IMG/VR virus record: IMGVR_UViG_3300017913_001692
Coordinates: 1 to 52,024 of that record
Reading direction: 5' to 3' (one strand)
Length of the DNA stretch: 52,024 nucleotides
Origin: a virus
Lineage: Duplodnaviria; Caudoviricetes
Below the pieces are notes generated by a model, which searched no databases, was not told the DNA's origin, and saw nothing but the letters and a program-made list of their open reading frames with translations. How positions within the stretch are numbered: position 1 is the stretch's first letter; each line of letters begins with the position of its first letter. Below, piece after piece: positions 38,950-47,807 of the stretch. The translations under genes and the position numbers were made by a program.

Positions 38950-39246
38950 TCAACTAGAATTGGCTAACTGAATCGTCTGGAGTTTGATCATGATCCCTGT
39001 GACGTCTTCAGGTGTGAGATAGGGGATCACGTCATCTACCACATCGTCCTCGTTCTCTGGTGTCCTATGGATGCCTGGTAATTGCACGAAGTTTAGATCC
39101 TTGTCAAATACAGCCGCTTCATAGAAGTTCTTTTGAGGTTCTTTGATCACACTCAATTGATAGTCACCAAAGCCGTATCTGCTTCTTTCGATCTTGTCTT
39201 CGGCGTATGATCTAAACACTAGGTCGTCAAATGTTACTTTTCTCAT
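38950..39246 (-). CDS. hypothetical protein
   Basis: GAGG RBS; DDVIPYLT motif. Confidence 0.75.
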   Translation of the reverse strand: MRKVTFDDLVFRSYAEDKIERSRYGFGDYQLSVIKEPQKNFYEAAVFDKDLNFVQLPGIHRTPENEDDVVDDVIPYLTPEDVTGIMIKLQTIQLANSS

Positions 39247-39322
39247 TTCGGATCCTCATTGTTCCACATGATAAGCATACCTACAGGTATCGCTATGATT
39301 ATGATGCTCAGTATCAAACCTT

Positions 39323-39523
39323 CTAGCATCCACTACCTCTGTTTCCAGGATCAAAGATGTCTTTGATGCAGTTCGACGCATCTTCTTTGACTCCTGCGGT
39401 TGTGATCTTACTCACGTTCATCGCGGTGTTCACGCCTCTTATGATGTCTTTTCCACTCAGTGTGGTCACACCACAGCCAGAGGTCATCACCGCAATCACA
39501 GCCAATAAGATCGCTCGCTTCAT
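39323..39523 (-). CDS. putative lipoprotein
   Basis: MKRAILLAVIAVMTSG-C lipobox-like signal. Confidence 0.65.
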   Translation of the reverse strand: MKRAILLAVIAVMTSGCGVTTLSGKDIIRGVNTAMNVSKITTAGVKEDASNCIKDIFDPGNRGSGC

Positions 39524-39696
39524 CCTAGCTCTCTCCATTCGTCATAGGTAAGATAGGTGTCCGTGTCCGGATCATAATAACTACCTTCCTTGGGATCGTA
39601 ATAGACCACCTTGTTGGCCATGGTCTGAAAAGGACCTTCAAGTCCTTCTCGTGCCGTGTATCTTTCGGGGATAGGTTCTAGGATGGTGTAGCCCAT
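39520..39696 (-). CDS. small protein (GLEGPF...YYDPKEGSYYD)
   Basis: Hand-translated 58 aa ORF coupled to neighbours; GGAGG RBS. Confidence 0.72.
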   Translation of the reverse strand: MGYTILEPIPERYTAREGLEGPFQTMANKVVYYDPKEGSYYDPDTDTYLTYDEWRELG

Positions 39697-39893
39697 TAAA
39701 CTTCCTCCACTGTGACCATATATGTTTTGCCGTTGCGGTCAGTGACGCTCATGGTCTTTTTGGTTGAAAGGAAATATCCTTCTGTTGGATGCAGATCCAT
39801 GTTGATCGGACCTGCCTTTGAAATAAGACCGTATTCATCTTTGGGCAGAGCCTCTTTGATGATTGCGGCAATTCTATCACAGTATGCTAACAT
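39696..39893 (-). CDS. hypothetical protein
   Basis: GGAGG RBS; operon-coupled. Confidence 0.75.
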   Translation of the reverse strand: MLAYCDRIAAIIKEALPKDEYGLISKAGPINMDLHPTEGYFLSTKKTMSVTDRNGKTYMVTVEEV

Positions 39894-40193
39894 CTAAACC
39901 TCCATGCTCGCTTTGAAATCGTTCTGCATACCTTGCTCAGTAAAGCCAAGGTCTGCAATGCCGGTGAACTCTTGTGCAGCCTTTTCAAAGGCTGAGTCTG
40001 TATAGACGTCCCATGTGCTGTCGTGATCAACAGTAACATGACCAATCATCGCACCTGGATGATCAGCACCAACTTCGTTGTAATCATCATCGAGATAGTA
40101 GTCAATGTTGAAACCGCTAATGGTTACGGAACGACCTTTTTCTGCACCCCAGAAACCGTCGCCGTTAAGTGTAAAAGTAAGTGATTTTGACAT
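39894..40193 (-). CDS. small early protein
   Basis: Own promoter; GGAGGGC leader before MSKSL. Confidence 0.8.
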   Translation of the reverse strand: MSKSLTFTLNGDGFWGAEKGRSVTISGFNIDYYLDDDYNEVGADHPGAMIGHVTVDHDSTWDVYTDSAFEKAAQEFTGIADLGFTEQGMQNDFKASMEV

Positions 40194-40268
40194 ATAGCCC
40201 TCCATGTCGTTGTTTCTAATTATGTTACTAATATAACACCACATAGAGTAAAGGTCAACCTATTTTGG

Positions 40269-40517
40269 TTAACATATATGACCTTGGATTGTGCCTGACC
40301 CATCTTTTAGATAGTAGCCATGACGTTTAGGATCGCCTTCTTTGTGCCAATGATGTTCTGCGATCTCTTCGTATAATTCTTCTGCTCTGTCGGAGCAACT
40401 CAGCACGATTTCACCGTCTGTAAAGCCCTTAGAGCCGTCGTAGTCCTTGGGAGTGTAGTCAAAGGGTATAAGTGTCGTCTGCCCTGTGAATAATAATACT
40501 ATTAACCAACCTTTCAT
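40269..40517 (-). CDS. putative exported protein
   Basis: Hydrophobic N-terminus; AGGA RBS. Confidence 0.68.
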   Translation of the reverse strand: MKGWLIVLLFTGQTTLIPFDYTPKDYDGSKGFTDGEIVLSCSDRAEELYEEIAEHHWHKEGDPKRHGYYLKDGSGTIQGHIC

Positions 40518-40523
40518 ACAATC

Positions 40524-40772
40524 CTAAAAGCACCTACATGAGTAGGCTTCAATAGAACATACCTCAACACCATCTGGAATGATCTGTGGTTCGTATCCTG
40601 GGCAAGCAGAGAATGGATCACCTAGCACGAAGTTACCTTTTTTGGCTTCTTCCACAGCCTTGCTCATCAGGACAATAGCCTTGTCTAATTTTTGTTCTGT
40701 AGGGCTAGGCTCAGCCATTGCAGTTCCAAAGGTGATACAGATGCCTGCGATCATCGCGATACAATTATTCAT
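40524..40772 (-). CDS. putative exported Cys-containing protein
   Basis: Signal peptide ending AMA; Cys cluster at the C-terminus. Confidence 0.62.
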   Translation of the reverse strand: MNNCIAMIAGICITFGTAMAEPSPTEQKLDKAIVLMSKAVEEAKKGNFVLGDPFSACPGYEPQIIPDGVEVCSIEAYSCRCF

Positions 40773-41040
40773 TGGCTTCTACCCAATCCACAGTATCGAT
40801 GTCCCAGATGTCGTCGAATGATACGACAAAATCTTTCTTGCTCTTTTCATCTTTGAGCTTGACCAATCGAGTGTTCATGTCTCTTGCCTCTAGCACGCCA
40901 AACCCTTCATAGGTGCCTACACCTTTCAAAGGCTGATCCGAAAGGTTAGGAGCCGGACGACCTAGATCGTCGAGCATCGTTTGGACCTTAAATTTGCAGG
41001 CATATGAATTGCCTGGCACCACATCCTCTATCTTAATCAT
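40765..41040 (-). CDS. hypothetical protein
   Basis: AGGAG RBS. Confidence 0.78.
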   Translation of the reverse strand: MIKIEDVVPGNSYACKFKVQTMLDDLGRPAPNLSDQPLKGVGTYEGFGVLEARDMNTRLVKLKDEKSKKDFVVSFDDIWDIDTVDWVEANE

Positions 41041-41173
41041 TCTGTCATCTCCTTGACAATACTAGCACCTTGATTGATGCTATCTTTACCCATATCCATC
41101 ATGCCATCAATATCTCCGGGATTAAGGTATAGGTAACAAGCGGCCGCACCTAGTGCGAAAAATATAATCGCTC

Positions 41174-41398
41174 TCATTTTAACCATCCTTTCTTTAATCT
41201 TTCAATCATAGCCTCTGCATCAGGGTATCTTTCCATCAAATCAATCTGTTCATCGATCGAAGCGATACGATCCAGTTCTTTTTGTGTCGTTTGGTCGACA
41301 CGTTCTTTTGGTGTATCGAACAAGCCAAACCCTTGCATTTCTACATAGGGCTGGGTCCATGACCAATCATAACTCCATTTGCCGTTAGGTTTACTCAT
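41174..41398 (-). CDS. hypothetical protein
   Basis: ATGA coupling with the upstream ORF. Confidence 0.7.
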   Translation of the reverse strand: MSKPNGKWSYDWSWTQPYVEMQGFGLFDTPKERVDQTTQKELDRIASIDEQIDLMERYPDAEAMIERLKKGWLK

Positions 41399-41619
41399 GC
41401 CATTGCTCCTTCTACTTGGGCCACCACTGCCTTAGAATGTTTGCAATAGCCATGATAACCAAAGCCCATGCAATCACATTCAAAGCCTTTGTCTGTCAGT
41501 TCGACAGAATATTCGTTGCCTTTTGAGCCTTTCATAGGCCAGACAATGCCTACCATCCAATGATCCTTAGGATCAAAGGACTTGGGCTTCAAATACTTCT
41601 TCTGGAATTTCCGGCTCAT
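41395..41619 (-). CDS. SWIM zinc-finger protein
   Basis: GSKGNEYSV...CDC..F....CKH (CxCx(n)CxH). Confidence 0.78.
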   Translation of the reverse strand: MSRKFQKKYLKPKSFDPKDHWMVGIVWPMKGSKGNEYSVELTDKGFECDCMGFGYHGYCKHSKAVVAQVEGAMA

Positions 41620-41739
41620 ATTCTTCCTCTTCGTTTTGAACTCTATCAAAGATATCCACCTGGTGAATACCGTGAGCTCTGATAAAAACATCTCTGCTCA
41701 TCCATGCGGCATCTTCTTCCATGCCCAAGATCCAATCAC

Positions 41740-41940
41740 TTACTCTTCCCATATTACCCTCTGTCCTTTGAAATTTTTGTAAATCTCAGCCACCCTATAA
41801 TTGTATTGGGCTTCATTACGGCTGAGGTTCCTAAGATGCATCTCCCAGATAGCTCTAGTATCATCTGGCAAATCTGACTTCAAGAGCCTCGCTATCGAAT
41901 CCGCTCTTTGAAACTGTCGTTCTTCTGAATAAGGACCCAT
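41740..41940 (-). CDS. hypothetical protein
   Basis: AGGAG RBS before MGPYS. Confidence 0.7.
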   Translation of the reverse strand: MGPYSEERQFQRADSIARLLKSDLPDDTRAIWEMHLRNLSRNEAQYNYRVAEIYKNFKGQRVIWEE

Positions 41941-42230
41941 TATGCGATCTCCTTGATATGGGTCAGCATTGTTGCCGGCACTCGCCATTGTTGACCGCCG
42001 ATATGTGCTGTCACTACCACATACTTTCTGTTGACCTTTTTCACAGTGGCATTCACTTTGCCGCCTGTCTTAGAACTTGTAAATTGAACCATGTCGCCAA
42101 CCATAAAATTGCGAACAGCCTGACGTGATAGATACTGTCGCTTGAGCTTGATAGCCTCAACGACTTGACTCAGCTCGTCGTTGTCCATTTGATAGATTGC
42201 TTCTACCGCCTTCGTAACATTATTTGACAT
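41940..42230 (-). CDS. small early protein (SH3/KOW-like C-terminus)
   Basis: Own promoter; VGDMVQF..V.KVNRK..V..WRVP. Confidence 0.8.
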   Translation of the reverse strand: MSNNVTKAVEAIYQMDNDELSQVVEAIKLKRQYLSRQAVRNFMVGDMVQFTSSKTGGKVNATVKKVNRKYVVVTAHIGGQQWRVPATMLTHIKEIA

Positions 42231-42295
42231 ATTGCACCTCTGTTGTTTTGTCCTCATTGTCTATACAGTATATGACCAACAAGACATAAAGTCAA

Positions 42296-42487
42296 CTAGT
42301 TTTGGTAATCATTCCATTTGAGAATTTCGATCTCACCCTTGTCGTCTTTCTTGTATTTCAAGAAACCTTGTGCGATCAAACTGTCAATGGTCTTACCAAT
42401 TGACTTTTCTGCTATCTGTGGGCCAAGCCACCATAGGGTAAAGAAGGTGCCGCTAAGATAAGCGACACCCATCCATAGATAATCCAT
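42296..42487 (-). CDS. small membrane-anchored protein
   Basis: N-terminal TM segment; TAATG coupling. Confidence 0.72.
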   Translation of the reverse strand: MDYLWMGVAYLSGTFFTLWWLGPQIAEKSIGKTIDSLIAQGFLKYKKDDKGEIEILKWNDYQN

Positions 42488-42939
42488 TATGCTTCGTCCC
42501 AACCCATGTTCTTCATAACTTCTTGTGATTGAGCTTGCTCAACATAGTCGAACAGTGGAAAGCCACCTTGCTCTTTACCGTGGTCGTTTACGATCCAACC
42601 ATTGTCTGTGTAAAGATATGCATATTCTTCCATGTCTGCAATCCAACTTGGAATGTCATCATATTCGGAGATGTGCAGTTCTTCACCACGATCTCTGTGG
42701 TATGCGATTGTGATTTCATCCGCAGGTGTTTCAAAACTATGACCTGCTGTCTGTGAATTTAGATTAGGCTTGAGTGCCGAAATAGAACCTAGTTCGACGA
42801 GTGCAACCGCACGGTCGAATGAATTATAGTGTCGCTTGAGCATCTCACCATTGTGCTCTGGGTAACCATCCCAATGACAATATACTGAACGGATCTTTCC
42901 TTCTGGTGTTTTGTAAGCGATGTTTGAACGTGTAGCCAT
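42487..42939 (-). CDS. phage early protein (TRS.I / YCHWDGY motif)
   Basis: Own promoter and GGAGGGC leader. Confidence 0.85.
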   Translation of the reverse strand: MATRSNIAYKTPEGKIRSVYCHWDGYPEHNGEMLKRHYNSFDRAVALVELGSISALKPNLNSQTAGHSFETPADEITIAYHRDRGEELHISEYDDIPSWIADMEEYAYLYTDNGWIVNDHGKEQGGFPLFDYVEQAQSQEVMKNMGWDEA

Positions 42940-43023
42940 TTGTTGGAGCCCTCCTTAGGCAGTTTTGTGTTTCATTGTTCTTATACTATAATGTCGGTTG
43001 ACGCAAAGGTCAACCACATTTGG

Positions 43024-43197
43024 TTAAGTAGGACAAGGATAGTCAAACAATTCTGCTTGACGTTCTAAGTCCTCTTCAGCAGTCTTGAACCTTGACTTAT
43101 ATTTGCCAATCAGGAATTCAAGATGAGCTTCACGCGATACTGTGTCGAGTGCCTCGAGCATTTCGAGATCTTCGATCATTTCGATAAGGTCGTTCAT
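43024..43197 (-). CDS. hypothetical protein (57 aa)
   Basis: Hand-translated; TAATG coupling; GGAGG RBS. Confidence 0.65.
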   Translation of the reverse strand: MNDLIEMIEDLEMLEALDTVSREAHLEFLIGKYKSRFKTAEEDLERQAELFDYPCPT

Positions 43198-43427
43198 TAT
43201 AGGTCCTCCTGTTCTCTACCTTGTGCGAAGTCCTGCAAGTCAGCAGCCAATGCCGCCGCTTGAGCTCTAGTCAATTGAAGTGAATCAAAAAACTTATCTG
43301 CAGGTCCTCTGTTTTCTGTAGGGTCAAATCTTTTCTGAGTGACTTGAACACATGACCCTCGATCTTTGCCACCAAAGAATCTTGTTAATGAAACGCCTTT
43401 TGCGTGTGATTGTAATTCTGTTGACAT
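43197..43427 (-). CDS. small early protein
   Basis: Own promoter; LTRFFGGKDRG motif. Confidence 0.8.
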   Translation of the reverse strand: MSTELQSHAKGVSLTRFFGGKDRGSCVQVTQKRFDPTENRGPADKFFDSLQLTRAQAAALAADLQDFAQGREQEDL

Positions 43428-43490
43428 AACCTACCCTCCTTATTGTCTTTACAGTATATTCTCAGTCTGCTGAGAAGTCAACTGAAATGG

Positions 43491-43700
43491 TTAACTAATG
43501 TTCCACTTCAGTTGGACCTTGCCCTTCTGTAAGCATTCTTTGAAATACTCAAGATATTCCACTGTTCGGCCCTCTTCGATCATTTTATCGATATTTCGGA
43601 CCATGTTATTTTCTGCCTCACCGAAGTTGAAAAACATTTGACCGGTTTCATCTTCAACGGTGAGTTTCTTGTGTTTCCAATCGTCATAAAAATAAGCCAT
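43491..43700 (-). CDS. hypothetical protein
   Basis: AGGAGG RBS. Confidence 0.75.
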   Translation of the reverse strand: MAYFYDDWKHKKLTVEDETGQMFFNFGEAENNMVRNIDKMIEEGRTVEYLEYFKECLQKGKVQLKWNIS

Positions 43701-43709
43701 ATTTCCTCC

Positions 43710-44039
43710 TTACATTGACCAATATGATTCGCAAGCCGGGCTCATATAACTAGGTGTATTCACCGGCTCCATAAATTCTTTTGTAGGATCCATCATGTTC
43801 TTTCTTTTGATCTTTTTCTCAACCAATTGATGAAACATTTCTGTTTCGCAGATTGCATACCTAAAGTCTGCATAATTTGGATCTGTTGGCAGTAAATTTT
43901 CTGCCTTTTTAATTCTAGTTAGGCCTGCCTTCGCCGCGGCCATTGTTTTATACATCTGCCTATGATCAGGCCTTGCAACACCTTTTGAATCAGGCTTGCC
44001 AATAATATATGTGGTTGATTTTTCGTAAATGTAAAACAT
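43710..44039 (-). CDS. small early protein
   Basis: Own promoter; C-terminal NTP...P..ESYWSM. Confidence 0.82.
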   Translation of the reverse strand: MFYIYEKSTTYIIGKPDSKGVARPDHRQMYKTMAAAKAGLTRIKKAENLLPTDPNYADFRYAICETEMFHQLVEKKIKRKNMMDPTKEFMEPVNTPSYMSPACESYWSM

Positions 44040-44085
44040 AATTCCCTCTGTCTGTTGCCCTTATTGTCCTCTTAATATAATGTCT

Positions 44086-44253
44086 CTATGACAAAAGGTC
44101 AACCTGTTTTGGATGTTTTTTCTTGCGAGAATAGATATTTTTATCTCGCACTGATTTCGGACGATACGGTCCGTCAGGGTCTCGCACCGCTTTGGCAACC
44201 CAATTCCTTTGCTTTGGGGCCTGGGGTCTCCTATTGGTTTTTCTTTTTGGCAT
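44086..44253 (-). CDS. small basic protein resembling ArfA-like peptides
   Basis: RNWVAKAV...YRPKSV.DK..YSRKKKH. Confidence 0.55.
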   Translation of the reverse strand: MPKRKTNRRPQAPKQRNWVAKAVRDPDGPYRPKSVRDKNIYSRKKKHPKQVDLLS

Positions 44254-44452
44254 ATCTTTCAAAAACCGCTTGGGGATGATTCTCAGGATCATCTTGGTAA
44301 AGATATCTCATCGAGTCCTTTTGGGACATTGGATAAGTGCCAGGAGCATAGAGCCCGGTAGGTGTGCAGTTGTCGTAGGAACGACATCCATAAGGCACTG
44401 AGCTACAGGCGCCGAGCATTGAAAGTGCCACTAAGGCTATTAAGACTCTCAT
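44231..44452 (-). CDS. putative lipoprotein
   Basis: MRVLIALVALSMLGA-C lipobox. Confidence 0.7.
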   Translation of the reverse strand: MRVLIALVALSMLGACSSVPYGCRSYDNCTPTGLYAPGTYPMSQKDSMRYLYQDDPENHPQAVFERYAKKKNQ

Positions 44453-44651
44453 TAAGAACACCCCGATACACAAACCATTAAGGCCTCATTGCCAAAGACT
44501 TGATTCACAAGCCATATTAAACCTAAAATTTCTACATAACCCATTTGCGTCTCCTTATTGTCTCTGCATTATAATATATAGATCTGCAGAAGTCAATGCA
44601 TTTTGGTGATAAATATTTTTAGCACATTCGATGCGATAAAGGAGAACTCCA

Positions 44652-44870
44652 ATGACATATTCAAATTTAGCACTAAACCTAGAAGTAGGTCAAGAAATCC
44701 TTGTGGGTAAAAACAATGAGAGAGCCCGCATTACAAAGATAGAATTTCACGAGAAGTCAGGAGAGGTGTCCTTAAACACAACCAAGGGTCCACGAAAGGC
44801 ACTTACCTTCCGTCTAGCCGCAGACCGTAGCAGCGGGGCCTATGAAAACGCGGCCGACAAGTATAGGTAA
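44652..44870 (+). CDS. hypothetical protein
   Basis: TAAATA motif upstream; AAGGAG RBS. Confidence 0.75.
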   Translation: MTYSNLALNLEVGQEILVGKNNERARITKIEFHEKSGEVSLNTTKGPRKALTFRLAADRSSGAYENAADKYR

Positions 44871-44883
44871 GATAAATACTTAT

Positions 44884-45105
44884 ATGAAAGTATACCAAGT
44901 CGTCGAACGTAAACCTACCAAAGCCTATTGCAAGAACACACCTAAGTCAAAGATGGGTGTGAGTGACCTGGCCAGTTGTAAGAGCAGAGGTCTTGTTGCT
45001 AGGGATGGTGATAAGTCGCACAAGATAGGTAAGAAGCGTATCAAAGTAGGAAACCGTAAGTTAAAGGGCGCAAGATACGGAGGCCCTTTGCCAGACTACT
45101 CATGA
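44884..45105 (+). CDS. small basic protein (probably late)
   Basis: TAAATA 4 nt before ATG 44884; YGGPLPDYS. Confidence 0.72.
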   Translation: MKVYQVVERKPTKAYCKNTPKSKMGVSDLASCKSRGLVARDGDKSHKIGKKRIKVGNRKLKGARYGGPLPDYS

Positions 45106-45650
45106 CACGTCGAGGAAAAATTTTAATATCACATCCGAATTTACCCTTAGACAATCCATTTCATAAGACAGCAATTTATTTGTATCAAGATGATGAAAAT
45201 GGTAGTGTTGGCGTATGCCTGAATAGGCAAAGCAATATTCCTATAAGAGACATAGCAGAAGACAAAGGTGTAATATTTGACACCACTAATACTTTACATA
45301 GAGGCGGCCCTGTGAACCAAGGCGCCCTAGTTCTACTCCATACAGATGAATGGCAAAGTAAAAATACAGCAGAAGCAGGAAAAGGATATCGTATCACAAG
45401 TGATGATATCATGCTAGAAAAATTGGCGCAAGGCAACACTCCAGTCTATTGGAGACTGATGAGTGGATTTGCCGCATGGGCACCGAACCAATTGAACATG
45501 GAAATAAATGGCACCTTTCCTTACAAGACAGAAAATAGATGGTTGACTTGTGATGCGAATGATAGTATAGTGTATGAGTATGATGGAGAAGAACAATGGC
45601 AAAGATGCCTGGAAATCGCAACGAAACAGATGGTCGACTATTACTTCTAA
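45102..45650 (+). CDS. YqgE/AlgH (DUF179) family protein
   Basis: G..LI..P, F.KT.IYL, GSVGVCLNR, GGPV, GFAAWAPNQL..EI, W. Confidence 0.85.
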   Translation: MTRRGKILISHPNLPLDNPFHKTAIYLYQDDENGSVGVCLNRQSNIPIRDIAEDKGVIFDTTNTLHRGGPVNQGALVLLHTDEWQSKNTAEAGKGYRITSDDIMLEKLAQGNTPVYWRLMSGFAAWAPNQLNMEINGTFPYKTENRWLTCDANDSIVYEYDGEEQWQRCLEIATKQMVDYYF

Positions 45651-45775
45651 AACAGTTTCGTAGCCAATTAGAAAAAGAAAAAAATCATTCAAAGATTGTT
45701 GCATTGCAATATAAAATAGATGAGATAGTATCTCAGAGATACCTTGAGTATCTAAATAGATAGAGGAGAAAACTT

Positions 45776-46108
45776 ATGGCCAGACTAACTACGGCACTAA
45801 CGGCTCTGCTTGTGGTTTGGTTTGGGGGAGCCGCAAGTGCCCAAGAGCAAGAGAAAATGTTACTAACCCAAGCACCATGTGCTCAATTCTTAAAGATGAG
45901 TGACTTGGTAGAAAAACATAACGAACAACCCTTGTTCATAGGCGAAGGATTTACATTTGAAGCAGGCACATCAAAACCTTACAAAGGTGGAATGCTTTTT
46001 GTTGTAGATCAAGATGCAGGCAATTGGACTATGTTCCAAGTGTTTCAAGATGGTATGGCTTGTATGCTATTCAATGGCGGCAAGTTCCAACCTTTTATGG
46101 GAGATTGA
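45776..46108 (+). CDS. exported protein
   Basis: Signal peptide ASA-QE; AGGAG RBS. Confidence 0.78.
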   Translation: MARLTTALTALLVVWFGGAASAQEQEKMLLTQAPCAQFLKMSDLVEKHNEQPLFIGEGFTFEAGTSKPYKGGMLFVVDQDAGNWTMFQVFQDGMACMLFNGGKFQPFMGD

Positions 46109-46109
46109 T

Positions 46110-46370
46110 ATGTGGTTTTTAGTAGCAATTATGACACTCATTCATAACGGAGATGAGAAGGATATCTACGTTTGGGAAAATCCACGTTTCGTTACTTCGG
46201 AACAATGTTTAGATTTTGTAAGAAATAACAGTTATGATATTTTTGATCATCTCAAAACAGAAATGCCAGCAGACAAATTAGATAGGCTCTTGTGTGTTGA
46301 AAAGGAAAAACTTAGACAATTTATAGTTGAAGGTGAAGGTAAGGTTGTGCCTGAAGGAGATAGCATATGA
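46110..46370 (+). CDS. small exported protein (MW.LV / F.T.EQC type)
   Basis: GGAG RBS; hydrophobic start; two Cys. Confidence 0.72.
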   Translation: MWFLVAIMTLIHNGDEKDIYVWENPRFVTSEQCLDFVRNNSYDIFDHLKTEMPADKLDRLLCVEKEKLRQFIVEGEGKVVPEGDSI

Positions 46371-46654
46371 AATGGGCAATAATTTTTTATGCAGTATTTT
46401 CTATAAATGGTGAGCCAGTTGAACACATCAGTTGGGGACTGACTTTCCCTCATCATGAAAATTGTATTGAATTCTATGATAACAATAAAAACCGTATCAT
46501 TGCAGGCGCCGGCGACTATGCTAAGAATAACCTAGATAAAGATGCTGTCTTACAAGAATTAGGTTGTGCTCATGCCACAGCTGATTTTGAAGGCCCTTCA
46601 AGTGATGCAATGGTTACATTAAGAATGCCTTTATGGCAAGGAGAGAACACATGA
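46367..46654 (+). CDS. small exported protein (MKW / F...ENC type)
   Basis: ATGA coupling; AGGAG RBS. Confidence 0.72.
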   Translation: MKWAIIFYAVFSINGEPVEHISWGLTFPHHENCIEFYDNNKNRIIAGAGDYAKNNLDKDAVLQELGCAHATADFEGPSSDAMVTLRMPLWQGENT

Positions 46655-46842
46655 AATGGATTTTAGTCCACATCCTTCTTTCAACAAATGGAGGATTAGA
46701 TGCTAGTACGGTTGGTTCGTTCGAAAGTATGGAAGATTGTTTTTGGGCTAGAGACTATTATAGTGTCGAACGAGGAGGAGAAGATGGGTTTTATCCTCTT
46801 AATGAACAAGCGATTTGTATCGCCTCAGATGTATTTGAATAA
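46651..46842 (+). CDS. small exported protein (MKW / FESMEDC type)
   Basis: ATGA coupling; AGGAG RBS. Confidence 0.72.
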   Translation: MKWILVHILLSTNGGLDASTVGSFESMEDCFWARDYYSVERGGEDGFYPLNEQAICIASDVFE

Positions 46843-46869
46843 ATATTTGAGGATAAAGGAGATTCATTC

Positions 46870-47379
46870 GTGTCCGATGTGTTGGTCCTCAACGCAGATG
46901 CTCAACCAGTAAGTTACCTTCCATTGAGTGCGGTTCAATGGAAAGAAGCAATCACATACATGTATTTAGACAAGTGTGATGTGTTGGAATGGTATGACGA
47001 TTGGGTAGTGAGCAGTGCTAATTGGGAAACAAAGGTGCCGGCAGTGATACTGCTCAAAGAGTTCCAACGGCGACGGCGTACGCCGAGATTTTCTAAGACT
47101 AACCTTTACCTCCGCGACCTTTATACCTGTCAATACTGTGACACTCCTCAACCAAGAAAACTTTTAACAATGGACCACGTAAGGCCTTTGAGCTTAGGTG
47201 GTAGAACCAATTGGGAAAACATTGTAGCCGCCTGTGGACCTTGCAACACACGCAAAGGAAACAAGATGACTATGAAGCCAAAAAGAATGCCGTACCGTCC
47301 TGACTACTATGAACTTGTTAACAAGCGTAAGCAGTTAGAAATCGATGTACGGCATCCTAGTTGGCGTAATTATCTCTAG
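46870..47379 (+). CDS. HNH endonuclease
   Basis: VLVLNA, RD.YTCQYC, TMDHVRP.SLGG..NWEN.V.AC..CN..K. Confidence 0.92.
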   Translation: MSDVLVLNADAQPVSYLPLSAVQWKEAITYMYLDKCDVLEWYDDWVVSSANWETKVPAVILLKEFQRRRRTPRFSKTNLYLRDLYTCQYCDTPQPRKLLTMDHVRPLSLGGRTNWENIVAACGPCNTRKGNKMTMKPKRMPYRPDYYELVNKRKQLEIDVRHPSWRNYL

Positions 47380-47393
47380 GCCTGCAGCGGGGT

Positions 47394-47807
47394 CTACTTA
47401 ATCCAGCCTATCTTTTTGCCAGCTTTCACTCTAGCTTTATGTTCTTCGACTGTTCCGGGGAACCTCCAAGCCCATATAGCAACAAGTGCCATAAATCCAC
47501 CGCTCCACATAACTGCTTTTATATTTTCTGTAGTGAACCATAAAAAGGCAAGTGAAGATGCCATAACAGCAACCATTAGGTATTTTCCCTTTGTGGGAAA
47601 TACTTTCTTCTGTACCCAGTTTGTTAAGAACGGGCCAAAGTATTTGTGATTGTATAACCAGTCATGCATCCGCTTAGAGCTTTTAGCAAAGCAATATGCC
47701 GCGAATACAAGAAATATAGAAAAAGGAATGCCTGGAACAACTACACCAACGTAAGCCATGCCCAAGGACAAAAATCCTAGTCCCATCCAAAAGTATTTTT
47801 TAATCAT
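47394..47807 (-). CDS. YbaN (DUF454) membrane protein
   Basis: GVVVPGIP...F...[18 protein letters not shown]. Confidence 0.88.
   Translation of the reverse strand: MIKKYFWMGLGFLSLGMAYVGVVVPGIPFSIFLVFAAYCFAKSSKRMHDWLYNHKYFGPFLTNWVQKKVFPTKGKYLMVAVMASSLAFLWFTTENIKAVMWSGGFMALVAIWAWRFPGTVEEHKARVKAGKKIGWIK

Noticed and set aside
46870-47379. HNH gene as an intron-encoded or mobile element
   Set aside because: Free-standing gene with its own RBS; no interrupted host gene is visible
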